A stretch of DNA of 64,000 bases from an uncultured delta proteobacterium (GTDB lineage: Bacteria; Desulfobacterota; Syntrophobacteria; Syntrophobacterales; Syntrophobacteraceae). The notes beneath the pieces were generated by a model. The model ran no database searches. It saw nothing but the letters and a program-made list of their open reading frames with translations, and was not told where the DNA came from. Shown piece after piece: positions 32,866 to 44,997 of this stretch; positions within the stretch are counted from its first letter, which is position 1; each line of letters begins with the position of its first letter. The position numbers were made by a program, and so were the translations under genes. The stretch is taken from contig CAWEHK010000043.1 in NCBI GenBank assembly GCA_963808625.1, forward strand, positions 83,405 through 147,404, in the 5' to 3' direction.

Positions 32866-35622
32866 CTACCGTTTGGCCCATTTCTCCCTGATCGCGGCCT
32901 GGGCTGCGGCGAGCGTGGCCACCGGGACCCGATAGGGAGAACAACTCACGTAGTCCAGACCAATGCGGTGGCAGAACTCCACCGATGACGGTTCACCGCC
33001 GTGCTCTCCGCAAATACCGATCTTCAACTCGGGGTTCGACCCCGCGGCCTTTCGTCACCGCGATTTGCATGAGATGGCCAACACCGTCCTGGTCCAGCCG
33101 ATTGAAAGGATCGCTCTCCCAGACCTTCTCCGTCAAATAGGGGGGCAGGAACTTTCCCGCATCATCCCGGCTGATGCCGTAAACCATCTGGGTAAGGTCA
33201 TTGGTGCCGAAGGAGAAAAACTCGGCAACCCCGGCAACTTCGTCGGCGGTCAAGCGCCCCCCGGGGCACTTCGATCATCGTTCCCACCCGGTATTCCACC
33301 TGGACGCCACATTCCTCCATGACTTCCTTCGCCACCCGGTCGACAACCTGCTTTTGGTTTTTCAGCTCATTCACATGACCCACAAGAGGAATCATGATCT
33401 CAGGGTGGACGTCGAGCGCCTTCCTGTTTCACTTCACAGGCTGCTTCCAGGATGGCACGCGCCTGCATCGCCGTGATTTCAGGATAGACGATGCCAAGCC
33501 GGCAACCGCGATGCCCCAGCATGGGATTGGCTTCGTGCAGACTCACCACTTTGGCGTCGAGCTGTTCAAAGCTTACTCCCATTTGGTGAGCCAGTTTCTG
33601 GATGTCGCGTTCGTCGTGAGGCAAAAATTCATGCAGCGGCGGGTCCAGGGTACGGATGGTCACCGGTTTGCCTCTCATGACCCTGAAAAGGCCTTTGAAA
33701 TCCTCCTTTTGCATGGGCAGAAGTTTGGCCAGCGCTCGCTCCCGTCCCTCCTTGTCCTCTGCCAGGATCATTTCGCGAACGGCATCGATCCGATTGCCCT
33801 CAAAGAACATGTGCTCAGTCCGCGTCAGCCCGATCCCTTCCGCTCCGAAAGCAATGGCCTCCTCAGCCTGGTTGGCCTGGTCCGCATTGGTCCAAATCTC
33901 GAGGCGGCGGAATTCATCCGCCCAGCCGAGCAACGCCACATAGTCCTGATAGACCTGGGATCGCTGCGGCGCCAGGCTCTTATCGATCAGGACCCGGAGG
34001 ATCTCCGACGGGCGCGTCGGGATCTGCCCGGCGAAGACTTCTCCTGCCGTACCGTCCAATGACAGGTATTGACCCTCGCGAATAACCCGATCACCGATCG
34101 TCATGCGGCGGCCGGGGTAATCGATTTCAAGGGCCCCGCAACCCACGATGCAGACTTTCCCCATCTGGCGGGCCACCAATGCCGCATGTGAAGTCATCCC
34201 CCCGCGGGCGGTAAGAATTCCCCGCGCAGCATGCATGCCCCGAATATCGTCAGGTGAGGTTTCCAACCGCACGAGAATGACGATCTCTCCCCGTCTGACC
34301 CATTCTTCCGCATCGGCCGCATTAAAGACCACGCGCCCCGTTGCCGCACCAGGGCCGGCCGCCAGGCCCCGTGCCAGAATCACCCCATCCCTTTCCGCTT
34401 CCTCCTTGGCCTTGGGATCGAAGGTCGGGCGCAGCAACTGGTTCATCTGGTCGGGATCTACCCGCATCAGGGCTTCCTCTTTGCTGATGATCCCTTCCCG
34501 CACCATATCCACGGCGATCTTGAAGGAGGCAAAACCCGTGCGCTTTCCGGAGCGCGTCTGAAGCATCCAGAGCTTCCCTCTCTCAATCGTGAATTCAACG
34601 TCCTGCATGTCGCGATAATGGCGATCAAGGCCGCTGCGAATGCCATCGAGCTGCGTGTAGATTTCGGGCATCGCTTCTTCCAGGGAAAGTCCGTTTATTT
34701 CACCCTTCTGATGCCTGTTGATGGGCAGAGGCGTGCGGATTCCTGCCACGACGTCCTCGCCCTGGGCGTTGATCAGATATTCGCCGTAGAAAACATTTTC
34801 ACCCGTTGCGGGATTGCGGGTAAAGGCCACCCCCGTACCACAATCTTCGCCCATGTTCCCATAGACCATGGCCTGAATATTGACCGCCGTGCCCATATCT
34901 CCCGGGATGCGGTTTAATTCGCGGTAGGCAATGGCGCGGGGATTGTTCCACGAGCCAAAAACAGCGGTGATGGCGCCCCAGAGCTGGTCCATGGGGTCCT
35001 GACGGAATTCGAGCTTCTTGCGCTCCCTGATGAGCGCCTTGTAACGCTCCACCATGTCTCTCAGATCAGAGGCGCTGAGCTGATTGTCAAACTCGACGCC
35101 GCGCTTCTTGCGCATCTCCTCGATGATTTCGTCAAAAGGGTCAAGCTCATCCTTGGATTCCGGTTTGAGCCCGAGAACGACGTCGCCGTACATATTTACA
35201 AAGCGCCGATAGCAGTCGTAGGCAAAGCGCTCATCGCCCGTTTCCTTGATCAAACCCTGGACCGTCTGGTCATTGAGGCCGAGATTCAAGACCGTATCCA
35301 TCATCCCGGGCATACTGCTCGCCGCCCCGGAACGCACCGAGACAAGCAGCGGATTTTCGGGGTCGCCGAACTTGCGTCCCATGATCTCTTCCAGCCGGTG
35401 CAGGGCTTCCTCAACCTGCCCTTTCAGTTCCAGGGGATATTCCCCGTTATGTTCGTAATAATACGTGCAGATATCAGTCGTAATCGTAAAGCCCGGCGGG
35501 ACCGGAAGACCAAGGTTTGCCATTTCCGCCAGGTTCGCGCCCTTGCCTCCGAGCAACGCTTTCATTTGCGCATTACCATCGGCGCTTCCGCCGCCAAAGA
35601 AGTAGACATACTTAGGCGTCAT
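32866..35622 (-). CDS. ppdK: Pyruvate, phosphate dikinase (frameshifts in the 3' quarter)
   Basis: [38 protein letters not shown] (catalytic His), [26 protein letters not shown]. Confidence 0.95.
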
Positions 35623-36028
35623 AATCTGATCTCCCCTCTTCTCAAAATGAGCGTTCACCACTCATGCGAATTGACATCCAGGCAGGTTTTCGTAAGGGTT
35701 TTCATGCCCAAAAGTTTAACAAGCTATTGGTTGAGCAAATTACTATACTCAATTTCGCCGTTCTGTACACTAGAAAAACGATTCCGGCACCCACGGACAC
35801 GCTCCAGCACTCAAGATTACCATCGGCCCTACCCCATTCACCCGTGCCCTCGATGCTCTTGAATTATACTCATTTCGGATGAAATCTTCCGCTTCGGCAA
35901 GCCCGGCAATCAACCGCAGAGTCCGCTGAGATCACAGAGAAAGCCAATGATTATCTCTGCGCCCTCTGTGCTCTCTGCGGTGGAAAAGCAAACTGTTGAA
36001 CCTTTGCCCATTGCCGGTGGGCGGCTCC

Positions 36029-37159
36029 TTAGTCCAGCACGGGAATGTTCTTCCTCCGGCACATGTCCTTGAAAATCTTTGGCCAGACGGAAACCGTGAC
36101 CTCACCGAGGTGAGCTTTTTTGAGCAACAGCATCTGCGTTCGCGACTGCCCAATGCCCCCACCAATGCTCAGGGGAATCTCGTCATTCAGGATCGCCTGA
36201 TGGTAGGGGAACCTGAGAAAGTCGAGCTGACCGGTTTGCTCCAATTGTTTCCGGAGCGCCGCGGCGTCCACACGGACCCCCATGGAAGTCAATTCATGGC
36301 GGCGTTTGGTCACCGGGTTCCAGACCAGAATGTCCCCATTCAGGCCGTGCATGGGGTGGCCGTCCTGCGAAACGGTCTCGGTTACCCAGTCGTCATAATC
36401 GGCAGCACGAAGCTCATGAGGGTAGCCGTCTTTCAGGACCCAGCCGATCCCGTAAATGAAAATCGCCGGATATTCTTTCAGGGTTTCCGTCTCCCGATCC
36501 TTACGCGGCAATTCCGGGAACATGTCCAGGATCTCTTCGGCATGAAGGAAAACGAGTTTATCCGGAAGATTGGGATAGCGGTCCGTTTTCAGTTGCGGGA
36601 AGAGCCCCTGCACAAAGGTTTCCGCCCCTTTGATCACCTTCCACAGTTTTTCCACCACTGCGGTGAGGAACTGCAGGTTCCGTTGTTCCCTGGTTATGGC
36701 CAGTTCCCAGTCCCATTGGTCGACATAGGCGCTGTGGTCATGGTCGAGGAAGTAATCCTTCCGCACCGCCCGCATGTCCGTCAGGAGGCCCTCTCCAACC
36801 CCCATCCCAAACTGCTTCAAGGCCATCCGTTTCCACTTGGTTGCGGCCTGCACAACTTGAGCCTCGACCGGGTTCTTGCCGTAGTCGTTGGGAATGTGGA
36901 ACTGAATCGGGGAACGGGAACCGTCGCGGTCCAGAAGATCATTGATGCCGCTCTCCGCATCCACGATCAGGGGCACGGTAACCGGTATCAAATTGAGCTC
37001 CCGGCAAAGATTCTCCTCGATGTAGTTCTTGACGGCAGTGATGGCCAGTTGGGTTTCTTTTGGCGATAAGAGCGAACAGTAGTCTTGAGGCAGGATCAAC
37101 TCCAGCTCATCGTAGTTGCCAATGCCCGGTCCGGCAAGATCTGCGCCTTTGTTTCCCAT
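36029..37159 (-). CDS. asnA: Aspartate--ammonia ligase
   Basis: KWKR, HSAYVDQWDWE, RAADYDDW, GLNGDI, SIGGGIGQSR. Confidence 0.93.
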   Translation of the reverse strand: MGNKGADLAGPGIGNYDELELILPQDYCSLLSPKETQLAITAVKNYIEENLCRELNLIPVTVPLIVDAESGINDLLDRDGSRSPIQFHIPNDYGKNPVEAQVVQAATKWKRMALKQFGMGVGEGLLTDMRAVRKDYFLDHDHSAYVDQWDWELAITREQRNLQFLTAVVEKLWKVIKGAETFVQGLFPQLKTDRYPNLPDKLVFLHAEEILDMFPELPRKDRETETLKEYPAIFIYGIGWVLKDGYPHELRAADYDDWVTETVSQDGHPMHGLNGDILVWNPVTKRRHELTSMGVRVDAAALRKQLEQTGQLDFLRFPYHQAILNDEIPLSIGGGIGQSRTQMLLLKKAHLGEVTVSVWPKIFKDMCRRKNIPVLD

Positions 37160-37946
37160 GGTCGTTATTCCTCCCGATATGGTCTCCGCTTGAGGGTGGT
37201 TTGGGCCGCGCTTCGAGGGAATCCCAGCGAACCCTCGAAGCCTCTGCTTATAGCAGAGTTTGGATGCGGATCAACAAAAAATTGAAGCAGTCTCTTTGAC
37301 CGGTTCACTTCGGCGCAATTCCTCATCTTTTCTCTTTCTACTTTCTAAGTGAAGCAGCATACAAATACGTGTCCGTCAGCCACCCCGTGATGCCGGTGAA
37401 CATCGGCATCCCATGCCTTCCTGGATTCCGGCTTCCGCCGGAATGGCGATTTAGAGCGCTGGACGATTTTGAGATAGTTTCTACGGTATCGCGGCTCCTG
37501 CCAATGGCTTTATTCAGCCTCCAATGTTTGTATCGCTGTCTCGCGCTCGCCGCGAAGACCCTATTGCCGGAGAACTTGCCGGCATTGAAACAGTTGTCGC
37601 CGTTGGGTTCTACTTAAAATTTGACACTATTCATTGTTAGGTCTACAATTCGCCAGTCAAGCTTTTAATGGCACTTCATCAAGTCAGCCATCTGGTGTGC
37701 CGTGAACTGTCCAAAACTTCTTCGGTCCAGGGGGGTATGAGTGGATTTCACCGGCGGGGGTGAGCGCACATCCTCCATGACCATTAGGCGTCATTCAAGA
37801 GCGGACATTATGGAAGGAAGGGGGTGGAATGGCACGCGAACGGATTCAGTAGCAGGACGACGCTCCTAAAATGGTCAAATCCTTTTGGAGCGCCCGGTCG
37901 TTCACTTTTAATGTTTCAGGGTTAAGCCCCTGGAAGGAGGATTCAA

Positions 37947-38557
37947 ATGAAACGGATTCTAATGGGCATTTTGGTTTCGGGATTGATCATCGGCATATCG
38001 GATTTTGTTCAGGCTAAGTGTACCAAAATCCAAGACGGAGTTTTGGTTTCCTCGTCTGGAGATGTGTTGACCACGGGCTATGAAAATGGGCTTAGAATTA
38101 TCAAGCACACCTGTTTAACGGCACGTATTGCGACGCTTATCAAAATGCAGGTTGGTGCCAGCCCTACAAAGACGATGAACTGATCATGAAGTGGAACGAC
38201 GCATGGCTGTCAAACAAGGATTGCGATGGAGATGGATTGCTCGACCGTCACTCCGGATATGCCAACTACATTGGTTCCGGAGCATGGCTGACCAATCATC
38301 AAAAAGGTGTATACATTGACACGGACGGCCTGAAGCAAAGGTGGGAATACTTCTGTAAGATCGTTGCAGCGCCGGCAGACGCCATTTTAACAGGCGGAAT
38401 GTGGTATGCTCAGGACGGCAAAGAACTCGGCCCCGCAATATGGGGTGAGTTCATAACTATCCAAGAGATCTACAATGATACCGGAACCGGTGATCACGGC
38501 GTGCTGTACAAGAGTCCTTACAGTGCCGGTTTTGGGCGTTTTTCGCCAAAACAGTAA
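37947..38557 (+). CDS. Hypothetical secreted protein, frameshifted near 38085-38100
   Basis: Signal peptide MKRILMGILV...VQA; second frame MKWNDAWLSNKDCDGDGLLDRH; GAAGGAGG RBS. Confidence 0.65.
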
Positions 38558-38585
38558 CTAGATTGGAGCAACAGAGAACGTTTTG

Positions 38586-38614
38586 AAGGCAGGGTCAGCA
38601 ATGACCCTGCCTTT
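38586..38614. terminator. Intrinsic terminator hairpin
   Basis: AAGGCAGGGTCA-GCAA-TGACCCTGCCTTT. Confidence 0.7.
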
Positions 38615-38810
38615 GTCGTTCCGGCTTCATTAGACCAGAAGCAAGCTGACCCACGATGAGGCAAATTCGGCTTATCCAGCGCCATGGAAATTAACAGCTA
38701 CCAACCCTCATAGGAACGGTCGAAAGGCGATTCTTTCAATGGAATGGGACGCCGCGGCGGAGCGTTGTCTTCAAGTCCCAGCCTTCACCGGCACCGGCAT
38801 GGGCAGTCCC

Positions 38811-39791
38811 TCACGGACCTTGCGTGAAAAGTCCGGCATCATTCCCGATGGAATGGGCACGGGGATTGATATAGCAGCGCTGTCTCAATTCCTCGAAGGC
38901 CAGGCTGGTATCAAGCCCACCCAGGTCATAGGCATACTGGGCGGCATAACCCGAAAGGAGTATCTTCCAATTATACCTGGCTTTTCCGCCAAAGGCCCGG
39001 ATATGCCTGATGACGTTGGTCGTGCAGTTCGTGGTGAGCGTGTTGTAGAATTCCGGCTGTTGTTTCAGGGCGTTGATCTTGTGAATATACTCGAGGAAGA
39101 GCCGTTGGGCGTTCTCCGGGGAGATCCGGGTGCGGTAGAGGTAGACATCTTCCTGCGGGTCCCGGTAGTCGGTTCGTAAACGGATGATATCACGCTCATC
39201 CGCCGCCACGTAGATCAGCTCATATTGCCGGAAGAAACCCTTGACGGAGGAATAGCCCTCGTTCTTGTCTTTCCTCGCCTCGATGGAAAAAGCGACGTAA
39301 TCCGTTCCGCCGAAACCGAAGCTGAGCATGACGTGAGCGATGGCGTCCCCCATCCAGTAGACCGTAACGAGATCGACCGAGTCGAGCTTGCGCAGGTCGA
39401 ACGTCTTGTCGTAGTAGTTTGCATCGAAGTCCGTCTCCGTCCGGTAGGTGAAGTTGCGGATGTTGTGGAGCGTGACCAGGTTATCCTCGATCGTGGCATA
39501 GGGCAGCACGGCCACGTCAACTTGCCAGTCGCGCGCATTCGATGGCGCGATCGTGGTCCACCAAACCACGACCAGGGCGAAAACCCCGAGAAACCAGAAC
39601 AGGGTACGGCGACGGCGGGGGAGAACGAGGAACGCCGCAAGCGTTGCGAGCGCGAATAGTCCGGCCAGGGCCGTCCTCAGGTAAGCGCCCGGCAAGTCCG
39701 AGTAGTAGATAGCAAAGGAGGCCCAGGCCGTCATACCGGCAACAAGAAACCCAATCAGACTGATGCCGGCAATCCTGGCGATCTTTCCCAC
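38811..39791 (-). CDS. DUF4105 / Lnb N-terminal-like membrane protein
   Basis: Three TM segments; HNIRNFTYRTETD, IAHVMLSFGF, FYNTLTTNCTT. Confidence 0.8.
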   Translation of the reverse strand: MGKIARIAGISLIGFLVAGMTAWASFAIYYSDLPGAYLRTALAGLFALATLAAFLVLPRRRRTLFWFLGVFALVVVWWTTIAPSNARDWQVDVAVLPYATIEDNLVTLHNIRNFTYRTETDFDANYYDKTFDLRKLDSVDLVTVYWMGDAIAHVMLSFGFGGTDYVAFSIEARKDKNEGYSSVKGFFRQYELIYVAADERDIIRLRTDYRDPQEDVYLYRTRISPENAQRLFLEYIHKINALKQQPEFYNTLTTNCTTNVIRHIRAFGGKARYNWKILLSGYAAQYAYDLGGLDTSLAFEELRQRCYINPRAHSIGNDAGLFTQGP

Positions 39792-40192
39792 GATGTTCAG
39801 TTACCTTAAGAGGTTCAGGTTCATCTTCCTGCCACCTTGAGGAAATGGCAGCGCCAGGGACTGAGGTCCCCATAAAGCCCAGGGCTGAGAGCGTGTCTGA
39901 AAATTCAATTTTCGTGCAGCCCTCGGTTTAAAAATCCCTCCCGACCCCCTTAGAAAAGGGGGACTCAAAAATCCCCTTTTCATAATCGAGTTAATGAAAC
40001 GGTTTGGCAGCCCCTTCCACTCGGGTAAGCGGCCCATGGGAGGTTTCACTCTTGGAGGGAGAACCGTGCAACCGGTAGAGCCGCCAGACTTCTCCACCAA
40101 ACGCCCTGGCGGCTGGGGGAGAAGTCTGAAAGAGGAGACGGTTGGCCACGGTTGTCTTCATTAGTCGGAAATATCGGGTACCGAGGACATTC

Positions 40193-41077
40193 CTACACTT
40201 CCAGCCACGAGTCGGAATAGAGCGTATTGCCCAGAATGACCTTGGCGGTTTTCACATAGTCAACTTCTTCTTTTGATAACGATGCCATATCGATGGGCTC
40301 GCCATCTTCCACTTTATAAACCAGGGCTTCGAGGTCAGGCCGCTTCCCCCGGGCAATCTCATGGAGCGGGGTGTCGAAGGTGTCGACGATGGCGGAATAG
40401 AGTCCATGACGTTTCCAAATCATGAGCATCACCTGGTTGAGAATGGGCCGCAAGTGCTCCGGGGGTCCATTGGACACATTCGAAAGCCCGATCGTGCTCC
40501 GGGCTCCCGGCGCAATATCCTGGAACATTTTCATGAATTCGAGAACACTCATGATTTGCCCTTGCTGCACATTTACCGGGGTCTGGATGGGATCGATGAG
40601 CATCCGCTCAGGATCGATCCCGAATTCACCGGTCGCCTTGAACACCAGTTCGGCACAGAGCGCCCCGCGCTCATTCTCATCCCGGGGCATACCCTCCGGC
40701 CCCCAAAGCAGCCCGACAAAATCGGCATCGTATTCAGCGGCAAGGGGCAGCAGCGCGTCCATTCTCTCCGGACGCACCATGATTGAATTGATCAACGGCC
40801 GCCCTTTTTTGTGCACCTTGAGGCCGGCTTCGATGGCCTTGATATTGGAGGTATCAAGGGCCAGCGGGAGGTCCACGACCTCGTGCACCACCGGCACCAG
40901 CCAGGTCATCAAGTCGACACCGGTCTTCCCCGCCGGGCCGATATTGAGGTCGATCCAGTCCATGCCGGCTTCGGCTTCCTGAACCGCGAGTTCCTGCAAG
41001 GTTTTTGCATCCTTTTCCTTAAGAGCCTTGCCATATTTTTTGCTCATAATGTTTAGATTTTCACCAATGAGCTTCAT
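40193..41077 (-). CDS. acsE: Methyltetrahydrofolate:corrinoid/FeS protein methyltransferase
   Basis: Pterin-binding fold (IGENLN, IDLNIG, LALDT, INSI, IDP, GLSNVSNG); last gene of the acs cluster. Confidence 0.88.
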   Translation of the reverse strand: MKLIGENLNIMSKKYGKALKEKDAKTLQELAVQEAEAGMDWIDLNIGPAGKTGVDLMTWLVPVVHEVVDLPLALDTSNIKAIEAGLKVHKKGRPLINSIMVRPERMDALLPLAAEYDADFVGLLWGPEGMPRDENERGALCAELVFKATGEFGIDPERMLIDPIQTPVNVQQGQIMSVLEFMKMFQDIAPGARSTIGLSNVSNGPPEHLRPILNQVMLMIWKRHGLYSAIVDTFDTPLHEIARGKRPDLEALVYKVEDGEPIDMASLSKEEVDYVKTAKVILGNTLYSDSWLEV

Positions 41078-41293
41078 GCTTGCGTCCTCCCTCCATTTTG
41101 CCATTACTCACAGGCTGCTGAAGAATCTCCTTTTCGATGCTCGATAGCTGCTCCTGCCCGCACAGGCAGAAAGGCCCCGTAGGTTGGGGTTCGTTCCTCT
41201 CCATCATGATGGTGGTTCATACCACAGCGATTGATCGAGGAACGAAACCCAACGCACGCATCGAATTCGGACACTCATTTACACGGCACTGTA

Positions 41294-42643
41294 CTAAGGC
41301 TTCCAAACCTTAAGAAACTTGGGTATCTGGCTCGCTTCCCGGGGACCTACCGTCACCGTCCAGCCCCCGAGCTCCTCCTCAAGCTCCCCGCTGATCCCGG
41401 CGGCATAGCCCGGAATGACAATGGTCTTGTGTTTGACCTTGTCTTTGATGCCGCATTTGTTGATGAAGGTCCCCACCGATTCACCGGAGAACTTGCCGGC
41501 CGCCCAGGCCGTCATGACCGACAACCCCTCCGTATCCTGAACGCAAAGCCATGACGGTATGCGACTGGACTCAATTTCCCCCGAAACAATGAAGTAGGTG
41601 AGGGAGAAGTTGCACGTGACCAGAACGGGCGCGTTTTCATCGGGGTTGTTAATGGGGTAGATTCCCTGCTCAGCGGTCATCGGCCGCTGCGGATCAGTGT
41701 AAATATTGAGGCGCTCCAGAAAGAGCGGGAAGAGCGTATGGGGCTGGAAATCACTCATGGCGATCACCGCCCCATATTTGGCCACAAAGGTCGCGGCCAC
41801 AAGGGTCTCGTCCATCAAATTGTCAGCCATCTCATTGGCCATGATGATGGTCGGGAAACCCAGGGGGCGGAATTTGTCCTTAAGCGCGGCTCTGCGGATG
41901 AGGACCTGGTGTTCAAAGACCTTTTTCAGTTCCCGGCTGCCCGTGTCGATGACCAGGTCTTTGAGTCCCATGCCGCTGAGTTTTTCGGTGAGGGCAATCA
42001 CGCTCTCGAGGCTGCCGTCACCCTTGACGGCAAGGGGACAGGCCACCTCCTTGGCAAGTTCCCCAAAGGCGTCGGCATTGTCCGCCGTCGCCGCATACAG
42101 CAGCGGCTTCTTATCCTTCAAGGCGGCCGCGGCATCCTTCAGGACGTCGAATTTGTCCGCTTTCAAAACGAGGCTCGCCCCGGTCCCGTCGGAAACCTTC
42201 CTGGCGAGTGCCGTGAATTTAGCGGCATCACCCGAAGTGTCCTGGACGACAAACATTTCGGCGCGCAGCTTGAGGCCCACGCGGTCATACTGGCAGGCTT
42301 TGAAGCGGCCCATTTTTCCGTCAACGGAACCTTCATCCTCATCGGTGCTGACGACGGCCGCCAGGCCGGGGGGATTCACAAAGGTTTTTTCATGGCGAAA
42401 AAGGACGGTCTCACCGCCTACTTTAACCGCGTAATCGCCGGTTCCGATGGTCAAGGGTCGGATCGGCGGCGCGGATTCCGACGCCAGCTTTTCTTTAGCC
42501 TCTTCCGAAACGTAAGGACACTTTTCCAACTCGGCTTTCCCCCCCGCCAGGTTCATGGCGAAGGCCAGACACGTTGGGACCCCACATTCACCGCAGTTGG
42601 TCTTGGGAAGCAACTTAAAAATTTGAATACCCGTTAAGCCCAT
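41294..42643 (-). CDS. acsC: Corrinoid FeS protein, large (gamma) subunit
   Basis: LPKTNCGECGVPTCLAFA, GGETVLFRHEKTF, IYTDPQRP, NFSLTYF, AWAAGKF. Confidence 0.95.
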   Translation of the reverse strand: MGLTGIQIFKLLPKTNCGECGVPTCLAFAMNLAGGKAELEKCPYVSEEAKEKLASESAPPIRPLTIGTGDYAVKVGGETVLFRHEKTFVNPPGLAAVVSTDEDEGSVDGKMGRFKACQYDRVGLKLRAEMFVVQDTSGDAAKFTALARKVSDGTGASLVLKADKFDVLKDAAAALKDKKPLLYAATADNADAFGELAKEVACPLAVKGDGSLESVIALTEKLSGMGLKDLVIDTGSRELKKVFEHQVLIRRAALKDKFRPLGFPTIIMANEMADNLMDETLVAATFVAKYGAVIAMSDFQPHTLFPLFLERLNIYTDPQRPMTAEQGIYPINNPDENAPVLVTCNFSLTYFIVSGEIESSRIPSWLCVQDTEGLSVMTAWAAGKFSGESVGTFINKCGIKDKVKHKTIVIPGYAAGISGELEEELGGWTVTVGPREASQIPKFLKVWKP

Positions 42644-42655
42644 AGGATTTTCTCC

Positions 42656-44869
42656 TCATCCCAAAATCGATTCCATGGTCAAAGCCGGATGGCCCACCTC
42701 CTCGAGGAAGGCATAGATTTCGTCCTCGGTGACTCCCTGTTCTTCCGTAGCAATCATGTCGATGAAGTTGGGGACCCCAATCTCTTCCCCGCGCTTGAGC
42801 AGCCGCTCCCGAAGTTCCTCTTTAAGCATCTTCGGCATCCAGACGAGCCGCAGAAGACCGCCGTCACCCAAAACAAATTTGCGCTGGGTAATGTTATACT
42901 TGCTGTGCCCCACAAACCCCGGCGTGACATTGCCGCCGCCAATGGTCCCTGCAAGGGTCGTGAATTTCATACCGCTCGGCGTCATCCCGGTGAAATCGCG
43001 ATTGACGGTCATAATGCCGTTACTCATGGGCAGGATGGCGGCGATGCACTCGCAGCAGCCACACGTGGTCATCGGGTCGTAGACGATGCTGTAGAAATTG
43101 TAGCTCGAGATGGATTGGCGCGAAGCCTTGTAGACGAAATCGTTTACACCCTTCCAGTTGCCCAGTTTGGGATCGAGGGTATCACCCTTCTGGATGGGCT
43201 GGTTGGGCCCGGTCGAGTTGATTTCAAAGGAAGCCTTGCAATCCAGCCAGTTATAGGCACCGCACAACCCGGTCCGCTCCGGGCTGATGACGCACACATG
43301 CGTTGGCGCAAAGGACTGGCACAGCGTGCAGGAGTAGTAGGTTTCCGTCCCCTCGTCGGTCATGCCCTCGATGCGATCGTCGCGGGTCCCATAAGCATGC
43401 TGAGCGAGCGGCAGGATTTCCTTGACCTTTGCCTCATCCGTGTAGATTTTTACCTGGCACTTGTCAAAGATGGCGCCAAAATCCTGGTGGAATTTGGCAT
43501 GCAGGATTTTCCCGATGTGCTCGAGGGTAAAGCCCTTTTCGACCGCCTGTTTGCCAATGCGATACCAGGCGATATCCCGCTGGCCGATGTGCATGATTCC
43601 TTGAGCATAATTGACCAGGTGATGGATCTGGCGTTCGAGAATGGGTTCATAATCTTCCTGCATTTTGCGGCCCGCCACTTCCACTACGACCGCAAGAGGC
43701 AGCCTGTTTCCAGGTTGAATATCCTTGATGTCGGGACCGATAACGTCGACTCTGCCGTCTTCCACGGCATCCATATCGGCAATCTGCACCAGCTCAAAGC
43801 AGGGCGTTCTGCCCCCGCCGCATTCGAGATACACGTCATCCTTGCGCACCCGCTCGCCCTCGAAAGCAGGCCCATACGCTATGGGAATGGGGATTTCCGT
43901 GATCGTGACCTTGAGGCCGCGCACCTCGATGGACTTTGCCGTCATCTGATCGTGGGGCACATTGGCGACCACGTGCTCGTAGGTGCAGATCCCCGTCGGG
44001 AGGACTTCGGGGATATCCGTGTCAGAAATCGTGGGGAAGCCCCAGTTGATGGCCCCAGCCGCATTGGCCGCCCACTCCGCATTGACCTCTCCGAGCGCGT
44101 TGACAAAGGCAAACACCCGGTCTTTGTTGTATTTCAACACGGTGCGGTAATCGCCCGGCTGGACTCCACCGAAGGCCATCGCGGCCCGGTTGGCAAAGCC
44201 CAGCGCGAACACCGCCCCCGAAATATCCGGACCAAAAGGCACCAGGCGGGTGCCCCAACCAACCTGCACGCCGGCCTCAATCAACTGATCGGTAAAGGTG
44301 GTGCCGGCCTGGTTGGCACACATGAAGACGTACAGATTTTTCTTTTGATAGTCTTCCGCAATCATCTTGGCGGTTTCGGGGTCCGGTGCCGCGCCTACGA
44401 TGGCCGCAAACCCGGGGGCGCTGCCATCGACAAACTCGATACCGCGTTTGCGCATGATCGTGTCGTCAGCAGCCCCGAGCCAGATCCTTCCCCCCTCGAC
44501 ATCACAATCTTCGCCGGGGAGATAAAAATCCGGGTCTTCGACATACCGAATAGCCTCTCCGACTTCCTCAGCAAGAATCGCGGCCATCCCTGCATCCAGG
44601 AGATGCCCCAGATAGGGCACATGGATCGTGCCCTTGAGGTGAGGAGGCAAGAGTTCTTTACAGCGGGTAAGCACCTTTTCGGCGTCGGCAAGCTTTTCTA
44701 CCTTGATGCCCAAGATCGAATAAATGACGGGTAAATAGTAGGCGGTATTGGGGAAGGCCAAAGGCTGGTTGGGACCATATTTGTCCATCGCCCGTTTGAA
44801 CGTACCGTCCGCCTTGGAAACGATATTGTAAGCACCCTGAATCGCGGCAAAAGCGACTAACCTCGACAT
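42656..44869 (-). CDS. acsB: Acetyl-CoA synthase
   Basis: FPNTAYYLP, YSCTLCQSFAPTHVC, GLCGA, PMTTCGCCEC, VWMPK. Confidence 0.95.
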   Translation of the reverse strand: MSRLVAFAAIQGAYNIVSKADGTFKRAMDKYGPNQPLAFPNTAYYLPVIYSILGIKVEKLADAEKVLTRCKELLPPHLKGTIHVPYLGHLLDAGMAAILAEEVGEAIRYVEDPDFYLPGEDCDVEGGRIWLGAADDTIMRKRGIEFVDGSAPGFAAIVGAAPDPETAKMIAEDYQKKNLYVFMCANQAGTTFTDQLIEAGVQVGWGTRLVPFGPDISGAVFALGFANRAAMAFGGVQPGDYRTVLKYNKDRVFAFVNALGEVNAEWAANAAGAINWGFPTISDTDIPEVLPTGICTYEHVVANVPHDQMTAKSIEVRGLKVTITEIPIPIAYGPAFEGERVRKDDVYLECGGGRTPCFELVQIADMDAVEDGRVDVIGPDIKDIQPGNRLPLAVVVEVAGRKMQEDYEPILERQIHHLVNYAQGIMHIGQRDIAWYRIGKQAVEKGFTLEHIGKILHAKFHQDFGAIFDKCQVKIYTDEAKVKEILPLAQHAYGTRDDRIEGMTDEGTETYYSCTLCQSFAPTHVCVISPERTGLCGAYNWLDCKASFEINSTGPNQPIQKGDTLDPKLGNWKGVNDFVYKASRQSISSYNFYSIVYDPMTTCGCCECIAAILPMSNGIMTVNRDFTGMTPSGMKFTTLAGTIGGGNVTPGFVGHSKYNITQRKFVLGDGGLLRLVWMPKMLKEELRERLLKRGEEIGVPNFIDMIATEEQGVTEDEIYAFLEEVGHPALTMESILG

Positions 44870-44997
44870 GGTTTACTCCTCTTCTTAAGGGCTGTTTACC
44901 CTGACTTGCACTGCTGTAACATCGGCTTCAAACCGACATTTTCCGCTTCCCCGGGGGACCTTTGCCGGGGACCTGCCCCGATCCCCCCGCATCCTGT

